This document shows, one piece after another, positions 25,426-33,310 of a stretch of 37,495 nt of DNA. Position numbers and translations under genes: made by a program. The notes under the pieces are model-generated. The model was not told the origin of the DNA and searched no databases. It saw only the letters and a list, made by a program, of their open reading frames with translations. Numbering within the stretch: position 1 is the stretch's first letter; each line of letters begins with the position of its first letter. The DNA is from an uncultured Actinomycetota bacterium (GTDB lineage Bacteria; Actinomycetota; Humimicrobiia; Humimicrobiales; Humimicrobiaceae), in the NCBI GenBank assembly GCA_964528815.1, contig CAZGTW010000006.1, positions 1 to 37,495 on the forward strand, in the 5' to 3' direction.

Positions 25426-26879
25426 AAACACAGATTGCTGTAATCGGGGCAGGCATAGCAGGCTGTGCAATTGCAAGAGAGCTTTGCAGGTATAAACTTG
25501 AAACAGCAGTAATTGAAAAAGAAGCTGATGTCTCCTGGGGAACCACTAAAGCAAACAGCGGGCACATACATCCCGGTTATGCAGGGCCTGCAGGCACACT
25601 CAGGCTCTCGACCTGCAGGAAGGGACAGCTGCTGTTTTTAAAAAATTCAGAAGAACTTTCTATCCCGGTGAAGTGGATAGGCTCTCTCCTTCATATTTTC
25701 CGGACCGAAGAATTAAACGAACTTAACCACCTGCTCAAGCAGGGCAAAGACAATGGCGTGCCGGGCCTTGAAATCATTACTGACAGAAAACGCATAAAAA
25801 AACTTGAACCAAACATTTCTGAAAATGTAATTGCATCATTATACTGCAGGGAACACTATATCTGCTCACCTTATGAGGCAGCAATTGCAATATTTGAAAA
25901 CGCAAAAACAAACGGGGCAACTTTTATATTTGACACAAAAGTAACCGGCATTGAATATGACAGGACGCAAAAAACCTTCCTTATAAGTGCAGTGGATTAT
26001 TTCGGCAGTAAAAAGTCAATAGAATCGGAATATATTGTAAACGCAGCAGGTGTTTATGCTGATGATATAGCAAGGCTTGCAGGGGACCACTCTTTTTCAA
26101 TAAAGGCAATAAAGGGGCAGTATTACCTGCTTGACCCTGATGTAAAAAACCTTGTTAACCATCTGAACATAAGGGTTGCAGACAAGACAAATGCCAGGTC
26201 AAAAGGTATGTATGTAGGGCGCACATATCACGGAAATGCAATTTTCGGGTCAAATTATGAAGTCACAGATAAAAATGATCTGACAACATCGAAAAAATCC
26301 CTTGACGAGATAAAAGAAAAACTTTCAGATATGGTCGACAGAATCCCTTATGACAAAGTAATCACAACATTTGCAGGCCTGAGGGCATATGCAGACACAG
26401 GAGACTTTGTCCTGGGGCCCTCACCGGCAAACCGCAAGTTTATCAATGCTGCCGGCATACAATCGCCGGGCCTTACATGTGCGTTTCTTATAGCAGAACT
26501 GACAGCTCAGGCATTAAAAGATGAGGGCCTTAAATTAAGGCCCGATCCGGCATACATACCTGAAAGAAAAAAAACTGAATCACTAAATAAGGATGACTTC
26601 AGCAATAATAATGTCCTTTATAAAAAAGACAACTTCTTTGGCCGGATTGTGTGCCGATGTGAAAAGGTAACAGAAGCCGAAATTATAGAAGCAATAAAAA
26701 ATGGGGCGACAACAGTCGATGGCGTCAAGTTCAGGACAAGGGCCGGAATGGGCAGGTGCCAGGGAGGATACTGCATGCTCAGGGTTGTTAAAATACTGGC
26801 AAGGGAGCTTAAAATCCCGGAAGAAAATGTCACTAAATCCGGCGGGGATTCTTATATTACAAAATACAGGATGGATTGA
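25407..26879 (+). CDS. FAD-dependent glycerol-3-phosphate dehydrogenase-like oxidoreductase with BFD-like [2Fe-2S] domain
   Basis: N-terminal IAVIGAGIAGCAIAREL...KANSGHIH, and C-terminal CRCEKVTEAEIIEAIKNGATTVDGVKFRTRAGMGRCQGGYC. It overlaps the glpK 3' end by 19 nt. Confidence 0.88.
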   Translation: MGFKKIKTQIAVIGAGIAGCAIARELCRYKLETAVIEKEADVSWGTTKANSGHIHPGYAGPAGTLRLSTCRKGQLLFLKNSEELSIPVKWIGSLLHIFRTEELNELNHLLKQGKDNGVPGLEIITDRKRIKKLEPNISENVIASLYCREHYICSPYEAAIAIFENAKTNGATFIFDTKVTGIEYDRTQKTFLISAVDYFGSKKSIESEYIVNAAGVYADDIARLAGDHSFSIKAIKGQYYLLDPDVKNLVNHLNIRVADKTNARSKGMYVGRTYHGNAIFGSNYEVTDKNDLTTSKKSLDEIKEKLSDMVDRIPYDKVITTFAGLRAYADTGDFVLGPSPANRKFINAAGIQSPGLTCAFLIAELTAQALKDEGLKLRPDPAYIPERKKTESLNKDDFSNNNVLYKKDNFFGRIVCRCEKVTEAEIIEAIKNGATTVDGVKFRTRAGMGRCQGGYCMLRVVKILARELKIPEENVTKSGGDSYITKYRMD

Positions 26880-26880
26880 T

Positions 26881-28209
26881 TTGCAGCAAAGCGAAAAAAT
26901 ATACAATATAACAATAATCGGTGCGGGTCCGGCGGGCCTTGCGGCAGCCTGCAGATGCGCGGAGCTGCAGGTAGAAGACGTACTTCTTATCGAAAGGGAC
27001 TCTTACACGGGAGGAATTCTGCCCCAATGCATTCATGGGGGTTTCGGGCTGAAGATATTTAACACTGAACTCACAGGACCCCAGTATTGCCAGATTTTTA
27101 CAGACAAGCTTGAAAAAACGGATGTTTGCTTAAAGCTTGATACAATGGCGCTCAGTATTGAAAGCAGATGCGGCCTGCCCTATAAAGAGGTAATCATTGC
27201 AAGCAGGCAGGATGGTTTCCAGTCAATAAAAACCCGAACATTAATACTTGCCCTTGGCTGCAGGGAAAGGACAAGGGGCCAGGTAATGATACCGGGCTCC
27301 AGGCCAGCCGGAGTTTATACAGCGGGCCTTGTGCAGCGCATGGTAAATATAGAAGGGTTTCTTCCGGGCAGGGAAATCGTAATACTTGGCTCAGGCGACA
27401 TAGGCCTTATTATGGCAAGGCGCCTTTCACTTGAGGGCTGCAAAGTAAAGGGCGTATTTGAGCTGATGCCCTTTTCTACGGGGCTTTTGCGGAACATCTC
27501 ACAATGCCTTGAAGATTTTAATATAGAACTGCACCTTAGCCACACAGTTACAAATATATATGGTGATAAAAGGCTCGAAGCCATTGAGGTATGCAGGGTA
27601 GATGAGGGACTTAAGCCAATCCGCTCCAGCGCAAGGAAAATAAAATGCGACACCCTTCTGCTTTCAGTCGGGCTTATTCCTGAAAACGAGCTATCAAAGA
27701 CATGCGGCATTGACATGGACCCTTATACAGGCGGCCCGAAAGTGGATGAAAACCTGCAGACATCACAGGAGGGCATTTTTTCCTGCGGAAATTCACTTTT
27801 TGTATATGACCTTGTAGACAATGTGACAATAGATGCATATATGGCCGCCGAAAATGCTGTATCATATATTTCAGTAAACCGGAATAAAAGCAATATAAGC
27901 GCTGCCGGCCCGGTGCCCGCAGAAGTAGCATGTGTTGAAATCATTCCCGGTGAAAATGTCTTGCATGTTGTGCCGCAGCTTATAAAAAGTGCAAGAGATA
28001 CAGTTTTTAATATAAGAGCCAGAATACCATTGCGAAACGCTGTCCTTGAATTTTCACCTGGCAGTTTTTCAAAAAGAATACAATATGTAAATCCTGGAGA
28101 AATGATTATTGCAAAGCTTACAAAGCAGCAAATAGAAGAAATAATTGCCGAAAATCTAAATTCAAAAGAGCCCGTAAAAGTAAGCCTGAAAAGAGGAGGG
28201 CTTTCCTGA
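26881..28209 (+). CDS. FAD/NAD(P)-binding pyridine-nucleotide-disulfide-type oxidoreductase
   Basis: ITIIGAGPAGLAAACR lies close to the proposed TTG start at 26881, which is the second base after the upstream TGA (26877-26879). A second dinucleotide fold is IVILGSGDIGLIMARRL. The track start at 26701 would overlap the previous gene by 179 nt. Confidence 0.85.
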   Translation: MQQSEKIYNITIIGAGPAGLAAACRCAELQVEDVLLIERDSYTGGILPQCIHGGFGLKIFNTELTGPQYCQIFTDKLEKTDVCLKLDTMALSIESRCGLPYKEVIIASRQDGFQSIKTRTLILALGCRERTRGQVMIPGSRPAGVYTAGLVQRMVNIEGFLPGREIVILGSGDIGLIMARRLSLEGCKVKGVFELMPFSTGLLRNISQCLEDFNIELHLSHTVTNIYGDKRLEAIEVCRVDEGLKPIRSSARKIKCDTLLLSVGLIPENELSKTCGIDMDPYTGGPKVDENLQTSQEGIFSCGNSLFVYDLVDNVTIDAYMAAENAVSYISVNRNKSNISAAGPVPAEVACVEIIPGENVLHVVPQLIKSARDTVFNIRARIPLRNAVLEFSPGSFSKRIQYVNPGEMIIAKLTKQQIEEIIAENLNSKEPVKVSLKRGGLS

Positions 28210-28583
28210 TGGCCAACGTAAAAAGAAAAATGAGATGCATAGTTTGTCCGGAGGGATGCAGCCTGCTTGTTGAATATGATAAAAATACCGGCCGGCCCAT
28301 AATGATAGAGGGCCACAAATGTAAAAGAGGCATTAAATTTGCAGAAGACGAAATAAAAAATCCATTAAGGACCCTGACTACAACTGTCAGGATTTCCTCA
28401 AAGAAAGCCGCAAGGCTTGCCGTGAGGAGCAGCATACCTGTCGGCCGGGATAAGATGCTGCAAATAATAAAGCATGTAAGGCAAATTGAAATAAAGGCGC
28501 CTGTGAATATGGGTGATATAATAATCCATGATGTGCTTGGAACTGGCGCTGATATAATATCCTGCTCTTCAATAAAGGAATAG
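28209..28583 (+). CDS. DUF1667 domain protein (small Cys-containing partner of the two oxidoreductases)
   Basis: CIVCPEGCSLLVEYD...GHKCKRG..FAEDEIKNPLRTLTTTVRI...APVNMGDIIIHDVLGTGADII. The start overlaps the upstream stop (TGATG). Confidence 0.85.
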   Translation: MANVKRKMRCIVCPEGCSLLVEYDKNTGRPIMIEGHKCKRGIKFAEDEIKNPLRTLTTTVRISSKKAARLAVRSSIPVGRDKMLQIIKHVRQIEIKAPVNMGDIIIHDVLGTGADIISCSSIKE

Positions 28584-28631
28584 TAATATTTTTAAACGGG
28601 TTTATTGTTTAAAAAGTCCACTTAAATAAGT

Positions 28632-29561
28632 TTAAACAGATTTCAATATCCAGTTTTTTATATCTTCATAAACCTCTGCCCTGTTTGTCTCATTTACAAG
28701 TTCATGCCGGGCGCCTTCATAAAGCTTCATTTCAACATTTTTAAGGCCGGCTTTTCTGTAGGCCGCAAAGACTTTCCGTACACCCCTGCCAAATGCGCCA
28801 AGCGCACATTTTGTTCCTGAAATTATAAAAATAGGCATATCTGCCGGTATTTTTTTTAAATTCTCTATATCATTTACCCTGTAGGTCGCCCTTACAAGCT
28901 CAAGGTAAAAAGCAGCCGAAAACAGCGAGTAGCAATACGGGTCAGCAAGCATTGCATCAACCATTTTTTCATCCCTGCTTATCCAGTCAGCAGAAGTCCT
29001 CACAGGCTTAAAGCAACTGTTGTATTTTTCAAATGTAAGCTTTTTATGAAACGGGCTCTTTGCCCCGGGGCCCTTTTTGCTGATTACCATGTTGGCAACA
29101 AGTATTCCAGCCTGCCCTAACGGTCCGGGGGAAGCCATTGTTGAAGAAAGTATTGCACCTTTTATATTTTGCGGCGCAGCCATTAAAATATCCTGGGCAA
29201 GAAAAGAACCGGCGCTGTGCCCGAATAAAAATACGGGTCTTTGCGGATATTGGCCGGCAATAATACAATTCAGCATGTTCAGGTCTTTTAAAACAAGGGC
29301 CCAGCCATCCCTGTCAGCATAATGGCCAAAATCTGCCTGGTTCTGTGCTGTCCTGCCATGCCCTCTCTGGTCGGCAGCATAAACTGCAAAGCCATGGCTT
29401 GTAAGGAACCGGGCGAAATCTGCATACCTGCCGGCATGTTCGCCCATGCCATGAATTATATGTAACACGGCTTTTACATCGTTCCTATTATCAGGAAGCC
29501 ACCTGTAAGTAAAAATATTTTTTCCATCAACAGATGAAAAGCTGAAAGTATCCTCTTTCAA
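28632..29561 (-). CDS. Alpha/beta hydrolase, lysophospholipase / monoacylglycerol-lipase-like
   Basis: HIIHGMGEHAGRYADFARFLTSHGFAVYAADQRGHGRT and the nucleophile elbow GHSAGS. 309 aa. Confidence 0.85.
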   Translation of the reverse strand: MKEDTFSFSSVDGKNIFTYRWLPDNRNDVKAVLHIIHGMGEHAGRYADFARFLTSHGFAVYAADQRGHGRTAQNQADFGHYADRDGWALVLKDLNMLNCIIAGQYPQRPVFLFGHSAGSFLAQDILMAAPQNIKGAILSSTMASPGPLGQAGILVANMVISKKGPGAKSPFHKKLTFEKYNSCFKPVRTSADWISRDEKMVDAMLADPYCYSLFSAAFYLELVRATYRVNDIENLKKIPADMPIFIISGTKCALGAFGRGVRKVFAAYRKAGLKNVEMKLYEGARHELVNETNRAEVYEDIKNWILKSV

Positions 29562-29596
29562 TTTTTAACCCTGCCTTTCATAAATCACTGCCGGTT

Positions 29597-30709
29597 TTAT
29601 TTGAGGTTCTCAGGATTTAAACACAGCAGATCTTCAGTTACAAATAACCCGTCTTTTCTTACCAGGACATCATCAAAATAAATCCCGCCGCCGCCATACT
29701 CAGGCGTCTGTATATAAATCATATCCCAGTGCATTGCAGATTTGTTGCCATTGCTTGCTTCTTCATAGCACTTGCCGGGTGTAAGATGAAAACTTCCCAT
29801 GATTTTTTCATCAAAAAGAGCGTCCTTCATGGGTTTTAATATGTAGGGGTTTACGCCCAATGCAAATTCTCCTATGTACCTTGAACCCTTATCAGTATCC
29901 AAAAACTTATTGAGTTTTTCTGTCTCGTTAGAAGTGGCTTTTATTATTTTGCCGTTTTTAAACTCGAACCTGACATTTTCATAAGTGACGCCCTGCTCCA
30001 GCTGGGGGATATTAAAAGTTATAAAACCGTTAACCGAGTTTTTAACAGGAGCAGTATACACTTCACCGTCAGGAAGGTTCATTTCACCTGCGCATTTGAC
30101 TGCAGGGATGCCTTTTATTGAAAATGAAAGGTCAGTATCTTGTCCGGTAATCCTTACCCTGTCAGTGTCATTCATACGCTTAACGAGGTTATCCATAGCT
30201 GCAGACATTTTTTCATAATCAAGATTGCAGACAGTAAAATAGAAATCTTCAAAATCTTCAAGGCTTGTATTTGCAAGCTGTGCCATTGAATAGTTCGGGT
30301 AACGCAGTACGACCCATTTTGTGTTGTTAATCCTGTAATCAGTAATAATTTCTGTATAATCCTTCATATATAAAGAAATTTTTTCCATTGGAAGGTCGCC
30401 AAGCTCATTTACATTATCATGCGCCCTTATACCGATATAGGCATCCATACCCTTCATTTCTGCCAGGTCTATTTTTTTCATAAACTCAAGCTGCTCCATT
30501 GTGCAGTTCTTTATTATTTCCCTCACCACGGTATTGTCTTTTAAAGCAGCAAAAGGCAAGCCGCCTGCCCTGTAAACTTCCCTGATAATAGCTTTTAAAA
30601 GCAGCATCGGAGTGTTTCCGAAACAGTCTACCAGCACCTTTTCACCCTTTTTTACCCTGCAGGAATAATTTACAATTATTTCTGCAAGTTTCTGTATCCT
30701 GGGATCCAT
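29597..30709 (-). CDS. M29 family aminopeptidase (AmpS/PepS-like)
   Basis: MDPRIQKLAEIIVNYSCRVKKGEKVLV..., EVYTAP, GEFALGVNP and HLTPG. The 370-aa length is typical of thermophilic-metalloprotease M29 enzymes. Confidence 0.85.
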   Translation of the reverse strand: MDPRIQKLAEIIVNYSCRVKKGEKVLVDCFGNTPMLLLKAIIREVYRAGGLPFAALKDNTVVREIIKNCTMEQLEFMKKIDLAEMKGMDAYIGIRAHDNVNELGDLPMEKISLYMKDYTEIITDYRINNTKWVVLRYPNYSMAQLANTSLEDFEDFYFTVCNLDYEKMSAAMDNLVKRMNDTDRVRITGQDTDLSFSIKGIPAVKCAGEMNLPDGEVYTAPVKNSVNGFITFNIPQLEQGVTYENVRFEFKNGKIIKATSNETEKLNKFLDTDKGSRYIGEFALGVNPYILKPMKDALFDEKIMGSFHLTPGKCYEEASNGNKSAMHWDMIYIQTPEYGGGGIYFDDVLVRKDGLFVTEDLLCLNPENLK

Positions 30710-30920
30710 TTTATCTCCTCATTTAAAAAAATTTATTTTTATAAAACCGGTTTAAAATACTTATAACCCGATGGATTGCAAACTGACAATTCAACTGCAT
30801 ATAAACAGTTTTTGCTCAAAAATAAAAAATCCACGGCACAGTATAATACAACCGGCAACTTATGAGATATAATATAACAAATTTTGCATATAAAAAATTC
30901 TATTTTTTATAAATAATAAA

Positions 30921-32063
30921 ATGAAAATAAGAACCGGATTAATTACGATTTGTATTTTAATACTATCTGCAGCCAGCCTTTCGCTGCAGGGATGCTGCAT
31001 CCGGACAGGCTTTGACTTTTTAACCAGGGACAGCAATTCCAATACAGGCAATTTCCCTGATTCCGCAACCAGCCCGGAAACCGGAAGCCTTAAAGAAACA
31101 GCAATTGAAGATACCTCAGCAACTGTTACTGGAAGTGATGGACCTGAAGATACAGCAGATACTTCAGACACTTCTGGTACACAAACCGGGCAGGAAACCG
31201 GGCAAAGCAATGGCAGAAGCGCAAATATTACAATATCTTATTTCTTTGACATCCAGGGCAGCACAAACAGGATAGAATTCATAACTGTCATACCTGATGA
31301 CTACCATTTGCGGCAGGATGTAAGAGAAATAAGATTCAGCATCGAGCCATCTGAGATTTACACTTCAAACTATACAAAGTACGCAAAATTCTTATTTACC
31401 GGGCCGGCAAATGACTTTACGCTGGATATAAATATTGAAATGGAAATATTTGATTATGACCTCGAAAATGCAATTGCTGCAGCAGCGGAAGGAAGTGCCC
31501 CGGCACTGAGCAGCCAGGACCATTTAAAATACAGCTCAGGTGAAAAAAATATAGATACCGGCGACCCTTCAATAGTCAGTGCGGCAGAAAAACTCAATGA
31601 AACTGACCAGTTAAAGCTTACCAGGCAGATATATGATTTTGTGCTTGAAAACCTGTATTACCAGGGGTATAACCCTGGCGACTGCGGAGCTGCAGGAGCG
31701 CTTGCAAAAAGCGGAGGGGACTGTACCGAATACGCAGACCTTTTTGTGACACTTTGCAGGGTAAAGGGAATACCTGCCAGAGTGATCGAAGGCTATACAG
31801 CAGATGCGCCGCCTTCTGAAATGCCGATGGGCCATAACTGGAGCGAAGCATATATTAAAGGCATAGGATGGGTGCCTTTTGACTGTATATTTGATGATAA
31901 TAATGGAGACTCGGCAGAAACAACCTTTTATAACCTAAAAGATGTTTACATCTACAACAGCTTTGTAAGAAACGACCCTGCAATGTTTGGTTATCATTAT
32001 TTTGCCTATTATTATTACGGTGATGAAATAAGTGTTGAAAAATCTGTAACAATAAATTCCTGA
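30921..32063 (+). CDS. Transglutaminase-like (Cys-His-Asp) lipoprotein
   Basis: Signal peptide with lipobox SLQGC and a T/S/G/D/E-rich linker. The core is GGDCTEYADLFVTLCRVKGIPARVIEGY...GHNWSEAYIKGIGWVPFDC. Confidence 0.85.
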   Translation: MKIRTGLITICILILSAASLSLQGCCIRTGFDFLTRDSNSNTGNFPDSATSPETGSLKETAIEDTSATVTGSDGPEDTADTSDTSGTQTGQETGQSNGRSANITISYFFDIQGSTNRIEFITVIPDDYHLRQDVREIRFSIEPSEIYTSNYTKYAKFLFTGPANDFTLDINIEMEIFDYDLENAIAAAAEGSAPALSSQDHLKYSSGEKNIDTGDPSIVSAAEKLNETDQLKLTRQIYDFVLENLYYQGYNPGDCGAAGALAKSGGDCTEYADLFVTLCRVKGIPARVIEGYTADAPPSEMPMGHNWSEAYIKGIGWVPFDCIFDDNNGDSAETTFYNLKDVYIYNSFVRNDPAMFGYHYFAYYYYGDEISVEKSVTINS

Positions 32064-32103
32064 AATCATTGCCTGCTTTTTCTAAAGTAGTAATATTAAG
32101 ATT

Positions 32104-33276
32104 ATGGAAGAAAAAATAAAAATTAAGCCTCCTGCAAATTCTCTGTTATTTAAAATATATGACGCTGCAGGCATGCAGAGATGGAACGACCAGATACGCG
32201 CGATTGAAATGACAGAGCTGGACAAGCAGGCGCACAAGATGATAACAGCTTATGTCATGGGAAAAATACAGCAGGAACAGCAAGGCGAAAAATTAAACTG
32301 GATAGATATCATAGAATACGGGCTGTTTGAATTTCTGCAGAGGATAATACTTACAGACTTAAAGCCGCCACTGTTTTATGAGATTATGCAGGACAGGGAA
32401 AAATACAATAAGCTTAACCAGTGGGTTTTTGACAAAATTTATCCGGACATAGAAAGCCTGGGGAGCAGTTTTTGCAAAAATTTCAGCAAATATATAACCG
32501 GCGGTGCGGATTTTGATGGAAATTACACAGATGTAAGCAGGGCAATACTTGGAGCGGCACATTTCTATGTAACTAAATGGGAGTTCAAATTAATAGAAAA
32601 ATTCAACCCTGGTGGATACCAGGTTGAAGAAATAAGAAAAAACATAGACAGCCAGCAGGAAAAGTACTGCAGCCTGCCCGGGGTGAAAAAATTCCTTGAG
32701 AGCCAGGAACTGATGGCATTTATAGATATTTGCGGCCAGCTTCGTTTCCAGTTAAGGTGGAGCCATCTTTACCGTGTTCCCAAAACATCTGTTCTTGGGC
32801 ACATGCTTGTTGTTGCTGTTTTTTCATACCTGTTTTCCTATGTGCTGGGTTTTGACAGTGAGAGGATGATAAATAACTACTTTACGGGGCTTTTCCATGA
32901 TTTGCCCGAGGTACTTACCAGAGATATCATAAACCCTGTTAAAAAATCTGTAGAGGGCCTTGACGAACTTATTAAAGATTATGAAAAAAGCGAGATGGAA
33001 AAAAAGATATACAAGCTGCTTCCGGTAAAATGGCACAATGACATCAGGATGTTTACAGAATCCGAGTTTGAAGATATAAAAGCAAGAGACGGCAAACTCG
33101 TAAAAGCCGCCGATGACCTTGCGGCATTCATTGAGGCATACCTTTCCATAAAAAACGGCATAAAAAATGATAACCTTCTGGGTGCAATGGAAAACCTGAG
33201 GCGCAAGTATAAGGATGTACAAATCTGTGGCCTTGATTTTAACACTATATATAAAGATTTCCCGAAGGCGTTTTAA
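32104..33276 (+). CDS. Tandem pseudo-HD / HD domain protein; C-terminal half YfbR-like 5'-(deoxy)nucleotidase
   Basis: The C-terminal half carries RWSHLYRVPKTSVLGHMLVVAVFSY, LFHDLPEVLTRDIINPVK and VKAADDLAAFIEAY. These parallel E. coli YfbR RW...NVSEHSLQVA, YHDASEVLTGDLPTPVK and VKQADALCAYL. The N-terminal half repeats the pattern with HD replaced by EF (RWNDQIRAIEMTELDKQAHKMITAY; LFEFLQRIILTDLKPP; GAAHFYVTKWE). Confidence 0.8.
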   Translation: MEEKIKIKPPANSLLFKIYDAAGMQRWNDQIRAIEMTELDKQAHKMITAYVMGKIQQEQQGEKLNWIDIIEYGLFEFLQRIILTDLKPPLFYEIMQDREKYNKLNQWVFDKIYPDIESLGSSFCKNFSKYITGGADFDGNYTDVSRAILGAAHFYVTKWEFKLIEKFNPGGYQVEEIRKNIDSQQEKYCSLPGVKKFLESQELMAFIDICGQLRFQLRWSHLYRVPKTSVLGHMLVVAVFSYLFSYVLGFDSERMINNYFTGLFHDLPEVLTRDIINPVKKSVEGLDELIKDYEKSEMEKKIYKLLPVKWHNDIRMFTESEFEDIKARDGKLVKAADDLAAFIEAYLSIKNGIKNDNLLGAMENLRRKYKDVQICGLDFNTIYKDFPKAF

Positions 33277-33310
33277 GGAGATAAAATAAACCTGTAATTA
33301 ATTTTCACTT

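Noticed and set aside
26701-26880. Long N-terminal extension of the second oxidoreductase (track start 26701).
   Set aside because: It would overlap the BFD domain of the upstream gene by 179 nt. The Rossmann GAGPAG motif lies 14 codons after the TTG at 26881, a normal N-terminal position.
27315-28435. Minus-strand ORFs 27315-27716, 27674-27931, 27723-28316 (197 aa) and 28118-28435.
   Set aside because: They are antisense to the oxidoreductase and DUF1667 genes and carry no motifs.
28584-28631. Possible bidirectional terminator between the convergent DUF1667 and hydrolase genes (TTTAAAC-N9-GTTTAAA).
   Set aside because: The stem is only 7 bp and AT-only, with no clear U-tract. This is too weak to call.
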